This document shows, piece after piece, positions 1 to 11,532 of a DNA stretch of 64,000 bases (within the stretch, counting starts at the first letter, position 1; each line of letters starts with the position of its first letter). The notes below the pieces were generated by a model. It saw only the letters and a program-made list of their open reading frames with translations, made no database searches and was not told the origin of the DNA. Both the position numbers and the translations under genes were made by a program. Source of the stretch: Tubulanus polymorphus (Eukaryota > Animalia > Nemertea); NCBI RefSeq assembly GCF_964204645.1, contig NC_134028.1:16003653-16067652 (forward strand), read 5' to 3'.

Positions 1-1707
1 GTACCCCTTTTTCAATTCGCGTAAACCTAGAGTGCTAGGTATTTTAGCTAGTCTCATCGGTAAATAATTAAGCGTATCCAATATTTTCAAATCCAGCTGC
101 TGGACGTACATATACATGATTTTACCGCCGTTCGGAATAATCTCAGGTCTAATTGCCTGGTCTAGTAAATACTTCAAAATAAAATATCCGTCGAAGGATT
201 GAAAATTGTGGGCGAATGCGGTTGCCCCTCTATTTTGGTCATTGAATAACCACTCACAGAATTCCGTTTCATTTTGGAACATGAATTCGTTCTTACCACA
301 ATGGGCACATTCTGAATCGCTCGTTATAGTCGAAAACTTGCACTCTTGCCAACAACGGTGTGCCATTCCAAAGATGACCTTATGAATCGAATCTTCCGTT
401 GTCGTAGTCTCAAAATCAAACGCTACGAATTTCTTCACCTTCAATGACTCAGCATCGAATTCTTTCCCTCCCTGGAGGTACGGGTTTATCAAGACACCCG
501 CCTCGGTATTAACGACGTGTGTGTCGTTTTTCTTGACACCGATATAGCATAAGTGTCCTATGGGTCGTTTTTCTTGACACGCCGAGCAATACTTAATACC
601 GCAGTCGTGGTCGGCTGAGGCGATTTTTTCGCGTTTTACAAATTGACCGCATGCCTTACACCTCGCTCGACTGTCGCACAACGACATCCCGCTAGCCAAG
701 CTTTTCAAATGATTGGCGTAGCACCCCTGTCCCTTGTAATAGATGTTACATCTATTGCAATGTATCGAATTCCCCGCTTTACAACCAACACCGAGACACA
801 ACCGACAGTGATCGAAACACGGATGTGCCTCCTTATGATTAAACGCTTTCCTACACTTATAACAGAAGTACTTCTTACACGTGAACGCTGTCATGCTTGT
901 TATGACCTGAAAATGGTTATCGTGGTATAACAAGCAAATCTTTTTCTTCTCTGTTATTTTTTTCGATGCATACAAAACATCGAAATTGTAGTTATCCCCC
1001 GTCACGACCATGAGAAAGTAATCGTCAAGATGCTCATCGAACAACTTGACTTCGTCTAAGCCACACGTACCCAGCGGGACGCCATACTTGGTGTGTAGCT
1101 GTACGGCTGCATCTCTTTGAGCGCGTCCATCAACTCGTCGCAATTGCGCGTAAGCGGGATCATTGTCCGCATGCGCTTTGGCTACAACGATGCTTCGTGC
1201 CAAACATAAATCATCAGTGTTCCTTATTTGAACGATACAACGTTTTCGCTGTTTAAATTCATCGTATTTTAGCATCGTTCGCTTGATGCGATTTTTGTTT
1301 GGTTGTCCGGCGCCCCTGGGCATTCGAATAAAAATACAATGGAATATCAACCCCTTAAAATCAATCTTATCATTCGACTGCATCACTTTAACAATTTCTT
1401 CAAAAATTAATTCAGGGCTCAATTCTTCAACAGGTACAAGGGGCAAATTGATGTTATTATCCAAGTTTGGATGTTCAATGGAAAGGCGTATACGATCGCC
1501 ATTGGTTGCCTCTACAAATGATAACATACCGTTTATCACATTACCAATAGCATCATATAATTGTTCATGTATGTCTCTCAGGTTAATTTCGGGCGAGTCT
1601 GCATCCTGCGATGGGTCGGTTTCCTCATCGGCAGCTGGACAATCGACGATTTCAGCCTTGTAAACGTCTGTACTAAGCCCCCACTTTTTGCTTCCCCGAG
1701 AACATAC
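1..1707 (-). CDS. pPolB: Partial second copy of Maverick pPolB exon 2, open to the window edge
   Basis: Mirror of 2787-4493. It has AAG (Lys) at 1354-1356 where the + copy has TAG. Most of the upstream zinc-finger exon is lost at the 1826 breakpoint. Confidence 0.85.
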
Positions 1708-1826
1708 CTGAAAAAAGTAAAACGAATTAGAAAAAACTACAGACAAAATGGTTGACGGAAAAAAAAAAAAAAAAAAAAAACATACCCTAGTCACTTTGAC
1801 GTTACCGAACGTTCGCTCTTCCGAAT
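1..1826 (-). repeat. Inverted duplicate of 2664-4493 (Maverick pPolB region); runs off the left edge of the window
   Basis: Base 1 (gtacccc...) is the reverse complement of 4493. Mirrored ORF coordinates sum to 4494. Identity ends at 1826/2664. Differences seen: 3 substitutions and a poly-A of 22 vs poly-T of 26. Confidence 0.97.
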
Positions 1827-2221
1827 ATTTTTAACCAACCACGATTTACCGCTACATGTAGGACCACAAACGAGTGTAGTTGCCGGATGAATTAGATGTG
1901 TGGGGCCTGTGTAGTATTCCGACATTGTTTGAACTTTTACGCGTATTCATTACGACAATTTAGCTTTTAATGAATATTGTTTAATTAAATATTATTCTGT
2001 TTTTTCAAAATATCTATAAACCAGGTACAATAGTATTTAAAAGCATTGTGTTCCAGTCCAAACATTTTTCTCAACGTTAAGAATTCGGTACAAAGATTTT
2101 CAATAGGAAAATACTATGCGGTTTAATAAAATATTCATTCAAAGATTTTCCGGTTGAGCAGAATTATTCGACTCTATTTTGCGGTTTGATTATATTTTTC
2201 TAAACTCTATTTTTTCAGAAG

Positions 2222-2704
2222 ATGCATATCTGTCAGATCTGTAATGGTTCGTTCGCAACGAAACAAACCCTGCAGCGGCACCAGGTCGGTCATGAGGGAA
2301 AAAAGGGGTTCAAATGTCTTACTTGTGGTCGGGCATTCGCGCGCAAAGATGCCCTAAAGCGTCATGCCCGAAAATGTGGAAACAAAGAGCCAGGCCGTCA
2401 AGAACCGGCTGTGCCGATATGCGAAGACCGCGAGCCGCAGCAAGAACAGGCTGTGCCCAGTCAACAGCAACCATCCACATCAACAGCAGCAACGTGTTTT
2501 TCGTGCATGAAATGTAATGCGTCATTTCATCGAATACTCGACTGGAAGCGACACACCAACTTTTGCCGGAAAGGCGATGAGTCGGCAACCAAGCGCGGAA
2601 ACATCGACGAGGAACCGGCTGTTGAGCAACGGACGAAAAGACACCGAGCAGCCAATGACGATGATTCGGAAGAGCGAACGTTCGGTAACGTCAAAGTGAC
2701 TAGG
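2222..2704 (+). CDS. Exon 1 of Maverick pPolB, encoding C2H2/C2HC zinc fingers
   Basis: CQICNGSF...HQVGH, CLTCGRAF...HARKC and CMKCNASF...HTNFC. Ends AGG|gtatgt, a phase-0 donor. An acceptor-like ttttttcag at 2218 suggests a further upstream exon. Confidence 0.75.
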
Positions 2705-2786
2705 GTATGTTTTTTTTTTTTTTTTTTTTTTTTTTCCGTCAACCATTTTGTCTGTAGTTTTTTCTAATTCGTTTTACTTTTTTCAG
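2705..2786 (+). other. 82-bp spliceosomal intron in pPolB
   Basis: GTATGT donor, poly-T tract, CTAAT branch-like motif and TTTTTTCAG acceptor. Splicing joins KVTR to VCSRGSKKWG in frame. Confidence 0.8.
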
Positions 2787-5700
2787 GTATGTTCTCGGGG
2801 AAGCAAAAAGTGGGGGCTTAGTACAGACGTTTACAAGGCTGAAATCGTCGATTGTCCAGCTGCCGATGAGGAAACCGACCCATCGCAGGATGCAGACTCG
2901 CCCGAAATTAACCTGAGAGACATACATGAACAATTATATGATGCTATTGGTAATGTGATAAACGGTATGTTATCATTTGTAGAGGCAACCAATGGCGATC
3001 GTATACGCCTTTCCATTGAACATCCAAACTTGGATAATAACATCAATTTGCCCCTTGTACCTGTTGAAGAATTGAGCCCTGAATTAATTTTTGAAGAAAT
3101 TGTTAAAGTGATGCAGTCGAATGATAAGATTGATTTTTAGGGGTTGATATTCCATTGTATTTTTATTCGAATGCCCAGGGGCGCCGGACAACCAAACAAA
3201 AATCGCATCAAGCGAACGATGCTAAAATACGATGAATTTAAACAGCGAAAACGTTGTATCGTTCAAATAAGGAACACTGATGATTTATGTTTGGCCCGAA
3301 GCATCGTTGTAGCCAAAGCGCACGCGGACAATGATCCCGCTTACGCGCAATTGCGACGAGTTGATGGACGCGCTCAAAGAGATGCAGCCGTACAGCTACA
3401 CACCAAGTATGGCGTCCCGCTGGGTACGTGTGGCTTAGACGAAGTCAAGTTGTTCGATGAGCATCTTGACGATTACTTTCTCATGGTCGTGACGGGGGAT
3501 AACTACAATTTCGATGTTTTGTATGCATCGAAAAAAATAACAGAGAAGAAAAAGATTTGCTTGTTATACCACGATAACCATTTTCAGGTCATAACAAGCA
3601 TGACAGCGTTCACGTGTAAGAAGTACTTCTGTTATAAGTGTAGGAAAGCGTTTAATCATAAGGAGGCACATCCGTGTTTCGATCACTGTCGGTTGTGTCT
3701 CGGTGTTGGTTGTAAAGCGGGGAATTCGATACATTGCAATAGATGTAACATCTATTACAAGGGACAGGGGTGCTACGCCAATCATTTGAAAAGCTTGGCT
3801 AGCGGGATGTCGTTGTGCGACAGTCGAGCGAGGTGTAAGGCATGCGGTCAATTTGTAAAACGCGAAAAAATCGCCTCAGCCGACCACGACTGCGGTATTA
3901 AGTATTGCTCGGCGTGTCAAGAAAAACGACCCATAGGACACTTATGCTATATCGGTGTCAAGAAAAACGACACACACGTCGTTAATACCGAGGCGGGTGT
4001 CTTGATAAACCCGTACCTCCAGGGAGGGAAAGAATTCGATGCTGAGTCATTGAAGGTGAAGAAATTCGTAGCGTTTGATTTTGAGACTACGACAACGGAA
4101 GATTCGATTCATAAGGTCATCTTTGGAATGGCACACCGTTGTTGGCAAGAGTGCAAGTTTTCGACTATAACGAGCGATTCAGAATGTGCCCATTGTGGTA
4201 AGAACGAATTCATGTTCCAAAATGAAACGGAATTCTGTGAGTGGTTATTCAATGACCAAAATAGAGGGGCAACCGCATTCGCCCACAATTTTCAATCCTT
4301 CGACGGATATTTTATTTTGAAGTATTTACTAGACCAGGCAATTAGACCTGAGATTATTCCGAACGGCGGTAAAATCATGTATATGTACGTCCAGCAGCTG
4401 GATTTGAAAATATTGGATACGCTTAATTATTTACCGATGAGACTAGCTAAAATACCTAGCACTCTAGGTTTACGCGAATTGAAAAAGGGGTACTTTCCGT
4501 ACAAGTTTTGTACGGTAGAGAATTTGAATTACGTGGGTGCGTTGCCCGCTTTAGAAATGTACAATCCGGATGGACTCAGTAGTGGGGAGAGGGAGAAACT
4601 TGTTGCCTGGTACAATTCTCAGAAAGGTACTGTGTTTAATATGCAGCAAGAGCTAACTGATTACTGTAGATCAGATGTGGACATTCTGATGAATGCTGTT
4701 GTACATTTCCAACAGCTCCTATTCGATCTAACGGGTATCGACCCGTTCCACTCATCCATCACGATAGCTTCAGCGTGTAATGAGGCCTTGAGAACCTGTT
4801 TTCTGGAACCCAATACAATCGCTTTGCTACCACCCGGTGGTTATAGACCGAACGCTAATTTTTCAAAGATGGCCATCATCTGGTTGAGATGGGTTTCGGA
4901 AAAGCAGGGTATCAGGCTAAAGCACGCGCTGAACGGTGGTGAGGAGAGGATCGGTAAGTACTCGGTAGACGGATACGACGAGGCGACAATAACGGTATAC
5001 GAGTTTCACGGGTGCTTATTTCACGGGTGTCCCAAATGCTATAGTAATCCCCGTATCAAGTCTGCGATCAGACCGACCCTAACCATTGGAGAATTGTACC
5101 AGGCAACGGTTGATCGCGCAGCTAATATTAGGGGGGCTGGTTACAATCTGATAGAGTTTTGGGAGCATGATTATCATAATTTGATCCGAACTGATGCGGC
5201 CTTTAAAGAATTTGTACAATCGTCGGACATATTGCCCCCACTTGAACCTCGTGAATGTTTTTACGGTGGCCGAACAAATGCGATAAAACTATATCATAAA
5301 GTATCCGAGGATGAGAGAATAAAATACATTGACATTTGCTCGCTATATCCATTTGTAAATTCACGATATAGCTATCCAATAGGCCATCCCACTGTTGTAA
5401 CAGAAAACTTCGGCGATATACGGCAATATTACGGATTAGTCAAGTGCACTGTACTTCCACCGCGGAAATTATTCCTGCCGGTCTTACCATATAGGTCCGG
5501 TGGGAAACTCACTTTCCCACTTTGCCGAACGTGTGTGGATGAAATTAATCAGGACGCGCCGTGCCAACATACTGACAGGGAGAGGCAATTGACGGGCGAG
5601 TGGGTAACCCTGGAAGTAATCAAAGCCCTTGATATGGGTTATCAAATTGTTTCTTTACATGAAGTTTGGCATTGGTCCGATAACCGAACTGGTCTATTTA

Positions 5701-6593
5701 AGTCGTACATCGATAAATTTCTGAAAGTTAAGACGGAATCTAGTGGGTGGCCATCGGGCGATATGTCCGACGATGAAAGACTAAACTATATAGCGGAATA
5801 CGCGGCGCGGGAAGGTATCCAATTAGATGGGGATAAGATTGAAAAAATTCCGGGTCTGCGAACAGTCGCAAAATTATGTCTGAACAGTATGTGGGGGAAA
5901 TTTGGTCAGAATAGTAACAAAACTTCGGCGAAATACATTTCGGACCCGGGGGAATTTTACGAGTTGATTCTCGATTCGGCGGTTGAAATTTCGGACATAA
6001 TCATCTGTAACGATGATGTACTCCGTGTACATTACAAAACAAAGTCTGAGTTTGTCAAGCCAAACAGTCGAACAAACGTTGCCATAGCTGCTTTTACAAC
6101 TGCTCACGCTCGACTCATACTGTACACATACACGGAGAAGCTAGGGGATCGAACCCTTTATACGGACACTGATTCGATCATCTATTCCGTAAAGCCTGGT
6201 GAATGGGAACCAGACACTGGTAACTTCTTAGGCGACATGACAGACGAGCTCGGTCGTAATTGCTACATAACTGAATTTGTTTCGGGGGGACCTAAAAATT
6301 ACAGCTATAAAGTCCTTGATACGGAGACGAACCGTTATTCGTATGAATGCAAAGTCAAGGGGATAAATCTGAATTACAGAAATAGTCAAGTCGTCAATTT
6401 CAAATCTACGCTTAAATTAATCACCGGCGATACCCGTGAGAAGCTTTTAGTAAATAATCCGGGTACAATTAAACGAGATATAAGGAGGGGGGTAATTTAT
6501 AACAAGGATGAGACCAAAACCTACCGCGCCGTGTACACAAAAAGGGCATTTGATCCGGGTAATAGATATAACACATTACCGTTTGGTTACTAG
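2787..6593 (+). pseudogene. pPolB: Protein-primed family B DNA polymerase (pPolB) of a Maverick; one premature TAG at 3138-3140, then open from 3144 to 6593
   Basis: Exonuclease motifs AFDFETT, AHNFQSFDGYF, YCRSDVDIL; KGYFP; Vsr-like insert VDGYD...YEFHGCLFHGCPKC; polymerase motifs YIDICSLYP, KLCLNSMWGKF, YTDTDS, GPKNY, KVKG. ORFs 2748-3140 and 3144-6593 share a frame. Confidence 0.95.
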
Positions 6594-6979
6594 TTTCTGA
6601 TGTTGCGACAGTAAACTCAGTTTCATTGCCGCGATAAGCTGGAAAGTTACCTCCGTCTTGGCTCTTGGACAGTAAACTCAGTTTATTTGCGCACAGTGGT
6701 AGCTGGAAAGTTGCCTCGTAACATTGGTCTCAGAAGTACTAAACAAAACCAGATTGCGCGAAATGATTTTTTCATCTCTTGTTTGCTTGCTTCGATGATT
6801 TACTAACGGTCTTTCAATACGCATAGAACTGTCAGTCAGCTATCGGAGCGGGGGAAGGGAGATATACTTATAGTTAATTAGGCTTAATAATATTATATAG
6901 GCGACCGATAATATACCGTTTATTACGTTTCTAATGGCATCATACAATTTAGGGACATGAGTTCTATCTAGTCAATTTG

Positions 6980-7610
6980 TAGTTACTTATTTGTAAATAT
7001 TTTTGTTTGGCTCAATAAAGTACTGAAATATTAGTATTGCATTTTGATTTCCGATATTATTGTAATGTATCTAATTTGTAGTTATCTTTCAATGCAATAA
7101 AGAACTGAAATATTAGTATTGCATTTTTATTTCAGATATTACATTGATATTTATTTGTATCATTATCTGTTTTAGACACAATAAAGTACTGATATATTAG
7201 TATTGCATTTTTATTTCAGATATTATTGTAATGTATGTACTCTGTAATTATCTTATTTTGATGCAATAAAGAACTGAAATATTAGTATTATATTTTATAT
7301 ATTAATCTAATCCATTGAGTTTGTAATTATCTTTTTTATTGATGCAATAAAGAACTGAAATATTAGTATTATAATTTATATATTAATCTAATCCATTGAG
7401 TTTGTAATTATCTTTTTTTTGATGCAATAAAGAACTGAAATATTAGTATTATAATTTATATATTAATCTAATCCATTGAGTTTGTAATTATCTTTTTTTG
7501 ATGCAATAAAGAACTGAAATATTAGTATTATATTTTATATATTAATCTAATCCATTGAGTTTGTAATTATTTTTTTTTGATGCAATAAAGAACTGAGTTT
7601 GTAATTATCT
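6980..7610. repeat. AT-rich tandem repeat of ~80-bp units (about 8 copies), each with AATAAA
   Basis: gatgcaataaagaactgaaatattagtatt recurs at 7260, 7341, 7421 and 7500, with a truncated copy at 7578 and diverged units near 7013, 7095 and 7179. Confidence 0.9.
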
Positions 7611-7963
7611 TGTAAATATTCTCATAGCTTATTGTTTCCATGGAATAAAAAACATATCATTTTCATATTTCTACCAAGAAAATGTGTTGCTTCCGTTGTT
7701 ACTTTGCTATCTCCATGTGAATGTTGTTATGACTTTGTGTAAATATTCTCATAAGAACTTTTATGAAAAATAAAACGTGAACATATGATATTTCAACCAT
7801 GAAAATAATTTGTTGTTTTTTTTCTCGTTGCCACCTTCGATCCTTTTGAGCACTCCTCCCATGAGTAAAAGAAAATACGCTCGTTATCATTTAATAAAAA
7901 AGGACATTTTCGTTTATTCTTCAAAGTAATTACAATAATATGCGAATATGTAAAATAAGTAAC

Positions 7964-8764
7964 TCAGATATCAGAAGGATTGTTTACTTCGGGACATTCA
8001 CGTATCTTCTCGAAAACACTAATGTCTCTAGTAGCACAGAAACAGCAAAAGTCTTCCTGATTAAAGTGAGTGAATATACATGGTCTGGTAGTTTTGAGTT
8101 CTGGTATTATATCGCTTAAGTCAATATCTTTCAAATTATTCCACTGCGCAAGAGACAATTTAACACCTTTTTTGGTCGCTTCTCTGGTACCCTTGTCATC
8201 GACGAGACGATAATATCGTATATCAACGTACACGCGGTGGCTCTCTCGAGATTTGTAGACTTTAACGTAATTATCTCTCCCTAAACTGGATACGCTAGAG
8301 TCGTAGTCTCCAGCTTTAGCGCGATCGATTGCGTTGTCGATTTCCATTTTGCAAAAGTTTAAATGTACCCACTCTTGAATGTATAGAGATATTCCATTTT
8401 TGGTCGGATATGCCCATCTTTTTGCGCTACAATCGTAATGTCGAATGTCAATTCTTTTCGTATCGTTCCACGTAGTAGGACTGACATAAACTAGCATTCC
8501 TAGATAAAACTGCGTATCCGATTTGCTAGTGTTGTCATTCAGAAAATTCGGTGTTGCTGTATCTCCTGAAACGATAAGATTTAGGATAGATTACTAACCC
8601 GAATTGATATTGAGAATATAAGTTGAAAAAATCTGAGAGAGTTAAATACATACCTATATCAAGATTCTTTTTACTTTTCTTCTCCTTTGGTACTGATGTA
8701 TCCGTATTTTGTTGCTGATAACGTCGTTTTCGTTAGGTGACGATGAGATAACCGGAGAGTACAT
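7964..8764 (-). CDS. Tandem PC4/p15-like ssDNA-binding protein of element A; two exons (8764-8654, 8565-7964), with a probable 1-nt frameshift in exon 1
   Basis: Two PC4-type repeats (RIDIRHYD...PTKNGISL...EW and YVDIRYY...ATKKGVKLSLAQW). GT-AG intron at 8653-8566. Restoring one A gives MYSPVISSSPKRKRR. Confidence 0.75.
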
Positions 8765-8922
8765 GTTGCTCGTTGTGTGTCTCGTCTCTAAATGAAATGA
8801 CCTGTCTATTGTCGATGGATTGTAGGTGGCGATGTTGTTTCTATTGTTACAAAAATCTTGCCCAGACCCGTATCCGAAATAGCTTTTGCCCGAACTCGCC
8901 CGATGTATTTTTTAAATTTTCC

Positions 8923-9188
8923 CGCTATCTTGGATCCGCCATCTTGGATGACATTACTTCCTGCCACCATCTTGGATCCGCCATCTTGGATCCGCCATCT
9001 TGGATTACGTCACTTCCGGTCGCCATCTTGGATTACGTCACTTCCGGCCGCCATCTTGGATTACGTCACTTCCGGCCGCCATCTTGGATTACGTCACTTC
9101 CGGCCGCCATCTTGGATTACGTCACTTCCGGTCGCCATCTTGGATTACGTCACTTCCGGTCGCCATCTTGGATTACGTCACTTCCGGT
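8923..9188. repeat. Subterminal tandem array: 7 x 28 bp CGCCATCTTGGATTACGTCACTTCCGG(T/C), preceded by shorter 14-bp units
   Basis: Units start at 8993, 9021, 9049, 9077, 9105, 9133 and 9161. The array ends 49 bp from the element terminus. Confidence 0.95.
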
Positions 9189-9239
9189 TAACCACATCCA
9201 CAACCACACCCGCCTATACCGGGACAGTATAACTACTGA

Positions 9240-9628
9240 TCGGCAATTGTTAACGCTTCAGCATTTACTGGTGGTGGTTATTTATTTAAGCATATTGATA
9301 AAAATGGTTCATTAACAGAACAAAAAAGACATAACTTAGCATTAGAAAAATATAATAAAGCAGCAGAAGAATATAGAGAAAAAAGACAAAACTATACGGA
9401 TTATATTAACAAGGAATTATATGATCAGAAGATTTCACGTAGAGATTTTCAGTTGATGATGCAATGAGTTTATATATCGCGGTAACCAATAAAGAAAAAT
9501 TACATCTATACAAACCTAAATTATCAGATTATTATACCCCAAGTAAAGAACAACAGAAATATGAAATAATTTGGATTTTAGGTGGAACAGTTATTGTTAT
9601 ATTTGTTGCTTATAAGTTTACTAATTAG
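9240..9628 (+). pseudogene. Small coiled-coil plus C-terminal TM protein of element B; 5' end cut by element A, frameshift near 9450
   Basis: SAIVNASAFTGGGYLFKHIDK...EQKRHNLALEK, then a shifted frame DDAMSLY...PKLSDYYTPSKEQQKYEIIWILGGTVIVIFVAYKFTN*. Confidence 0.7.
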
Positions 9629-9648
9629 TAATTTTTTTTTCTAAATAA

Positions 9649-10083
9649 ATGGAAGATAAAGTTGATAATATTGATATTATTCCTCATGATATAAATAAAA
9701 CTAAATTAAAAATATATTTAGAAAAACAAATATTAGAATTTGAAAGTGACTTAAAGATAAAAAAGAAAAAATATTTAAAAAGTAAAATTATATATTATCT
9801 TATTATTAGTGGTTCGGTTACAATTAGTTCTGTAATAACATTTCTAGCAATATTCAGTCCATTAACACCTTTAGCTATATCAATTGGTGTGTTAGGATTA
9901 TCATCAAGTGTTTTAACTGGTATAAGTTCAAAATTAAATATAAAAAGTAATAAAGAAAAAATTAAAACTAATATAAAAGAAATTAATAAATTAAAGAATA
10001 CACTAGATTATATAATAAGTTTAAATGGCCATATAACAGTTGAAGAACAAGATAAATTATTAAAAGAATTAATAAATTATTAA
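9649..10083 (+). CDS. Hypothetical membrane protein (hydrophobic hairpin between coiled-coil-like segments)
   Basis: 144-aa ORF with a TAAATG start and a long hydrophobic segment IIYYLIISGSVTISSVITFLAIFSPLTPLAISIGVLGLSSSVLTGI. Confidence 0.75.
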   Translation: MEDKVDNIDIIPHDINKTKLKIYLEKQILEFESDLKIKKKKYLKSKIIYYLIISGSVTISSVITFLAIFSPLTPLAISIGVLGLSSSVLTGISSKLNIKSNKEKIKTNIKEINKLKNTLDYIISLNGHITVEEQDKLLKELINY

Positions 10084-10099
10084 TTTTTTAGTTATATAA

Positions 10100-11515
10100 A
10101 TGGCAGATAGTTTTCCAAAAGCTTTCCAATATAATAAATCAATTAAATATAATATTCCAGCAATAGATTTTAATAAAGATATTACATATAGAAATGAAGT
10201 TTTAAATTCATTAATTAATTTATATATTTATGTTACTGAAAGTAATAATTTTCATGTAAAGATGGAAAATATATTTCATGTGTATACAATTAATTTCAAA
10301 AATTTAAATGAGGCAAAACAATGGTTATTAAAATCTAATATGAAGTATGGGCAGAACCAATTAAATTTTGCTGTTTATTGCGCGACAACAGGATGTGGAA
10401 TTAGTTGGAATGATCATTTAAACAAACCAAGTTTACCATTGATGTTATCACTTTTTAGATTTCATACTTATTTTCAAATAAAATTAATATTAGATGAATT
10501 AGAATGTCCTTTACCAGGTTCAAAATATTTCAAAGAATTAGATAATAATATTAATTTATGAAAGTTTTATAAAATTTGTAATGAATTTAATATAGATATA
10601 AATAATTCTGATTTTAGAACAAAAATTGGAACAATAAGATCACTTCCTTGCCCTAAAAAGATTGCAGAATATTGCGCACTTCCCATACCATCTAATAGCT
10701 TTTATAATATTTATAATAATAAATTAGGTTATGGTAAAATAGAAACTAAGGATTTAGAAACATTAAATTTCAATAAATTACCGAAATTTTATGATAATTT
10801 AAAACAAGAAAACAATAATGGTTGGGTTCATTTTATTTTAGAAAATAGTGAATGTTTTACTAAATCAGGTATAGAAAGAATAAATCAATCTATTAGAACT
10901 TATTTGATATGTATTTTAGGCGCGCAAGTTGAAACAAGATCCCCAATGATTGGAAATTTGAATACATCATTTGATACACAGAAACAATTTAAAGTATTAT
11001 TTGAAGATTCAATTCATAACGATAAAAATAGATCGATTCCAGAAAACATTATAAGATATCAAAATTATTTAGATAAATCTCATGTAAGGCTTAATTATTG
11101 TATAGGCCCTAATCTATTAATTATTTCTAATGATTTAGTATTAAAGATGGGAAATATAATTGGTTATAATAATCTAATTAAAACTGCAACAATAAATAAT
11201 TCTTTTGGATTGAATGATATAAATAAAAAGATTATTACTGCTCCAAAATTAATGGAAGGTGAAAAAAATAAAAAACATATTCAATCAACAGAAACTAAAA
11301 CTAATAATATTAAATTAAATAATGATTCTAAAATAAAAGATTATAATACATCAGAAAATGGTGCCGTACGGCACCCACACGGTGATAATAGAACTGATAT
11401 TATTCAACATGATATAATTAAACTAAATGATGATAATAAATCCCATGAAAATACTAAATTAGCTATAACTTGTATAGGAATTGTAATCGGAGGAATATTA
11501 TATTTTAAATTTTAA
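10100..11515 (+). pseudogene. ~471-aa hypothetical protein with a C-terminal TM anchor; single TGA at 10559-10561
   Basis: ORFs 10100-10561 and 10904-11515 share a frame and the sequence between them is open. Ends LAITCIGIVIGGILYFKF. Confidence 0.8.
11357..11384 (+). repeat. 28-bp GC-rich palindromic micro-element, in frame within a coding sequence
   Basis: AATGGTGCCGTACGGCACCCACACGGTG, containing a perfect 16-bp palindrome at 11360-11375. A second copy lies in the integrase (17321-17348). Confidence 0.85.
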
Positions 11516-11532
11516 TTTTTTTTATTATGTAA

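Larger units (their letters stand above)
1827..9237 (+). mobile_element. Maverick/Polinton element A, terminal part (pPolB, PC4-like gene, subterminal array, terminus)
   Basis: Contains pPolB. Ends in ...ataACTACT at 9237 (AGTAGT on the - strand, a typical Polinton terminus), followed by an abrupt shift to very AT-rich sequence. Confidence 0.9.

Noticed and set aside
643-1755. Plus-strand ORFs of 95, 126 and 64 aa, and similar short antisense ORFs elsewhere
   Set aside because: Antisense shadows of pPolB and other real genes.
8993-9188. CRISPR-like array of 28-bp repeats
   Set aside because: Units are head-to-tail with no spacers, there are no cas genes, and the context is a eukaryotic Maverick terminus.
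8773-9315. ORFs of 180, 124 and 63 aa across the 28-bp array (and their mirrors)
   Set aside because: Products of a stop-free tandem repeat; the longest crosses the element boundary.
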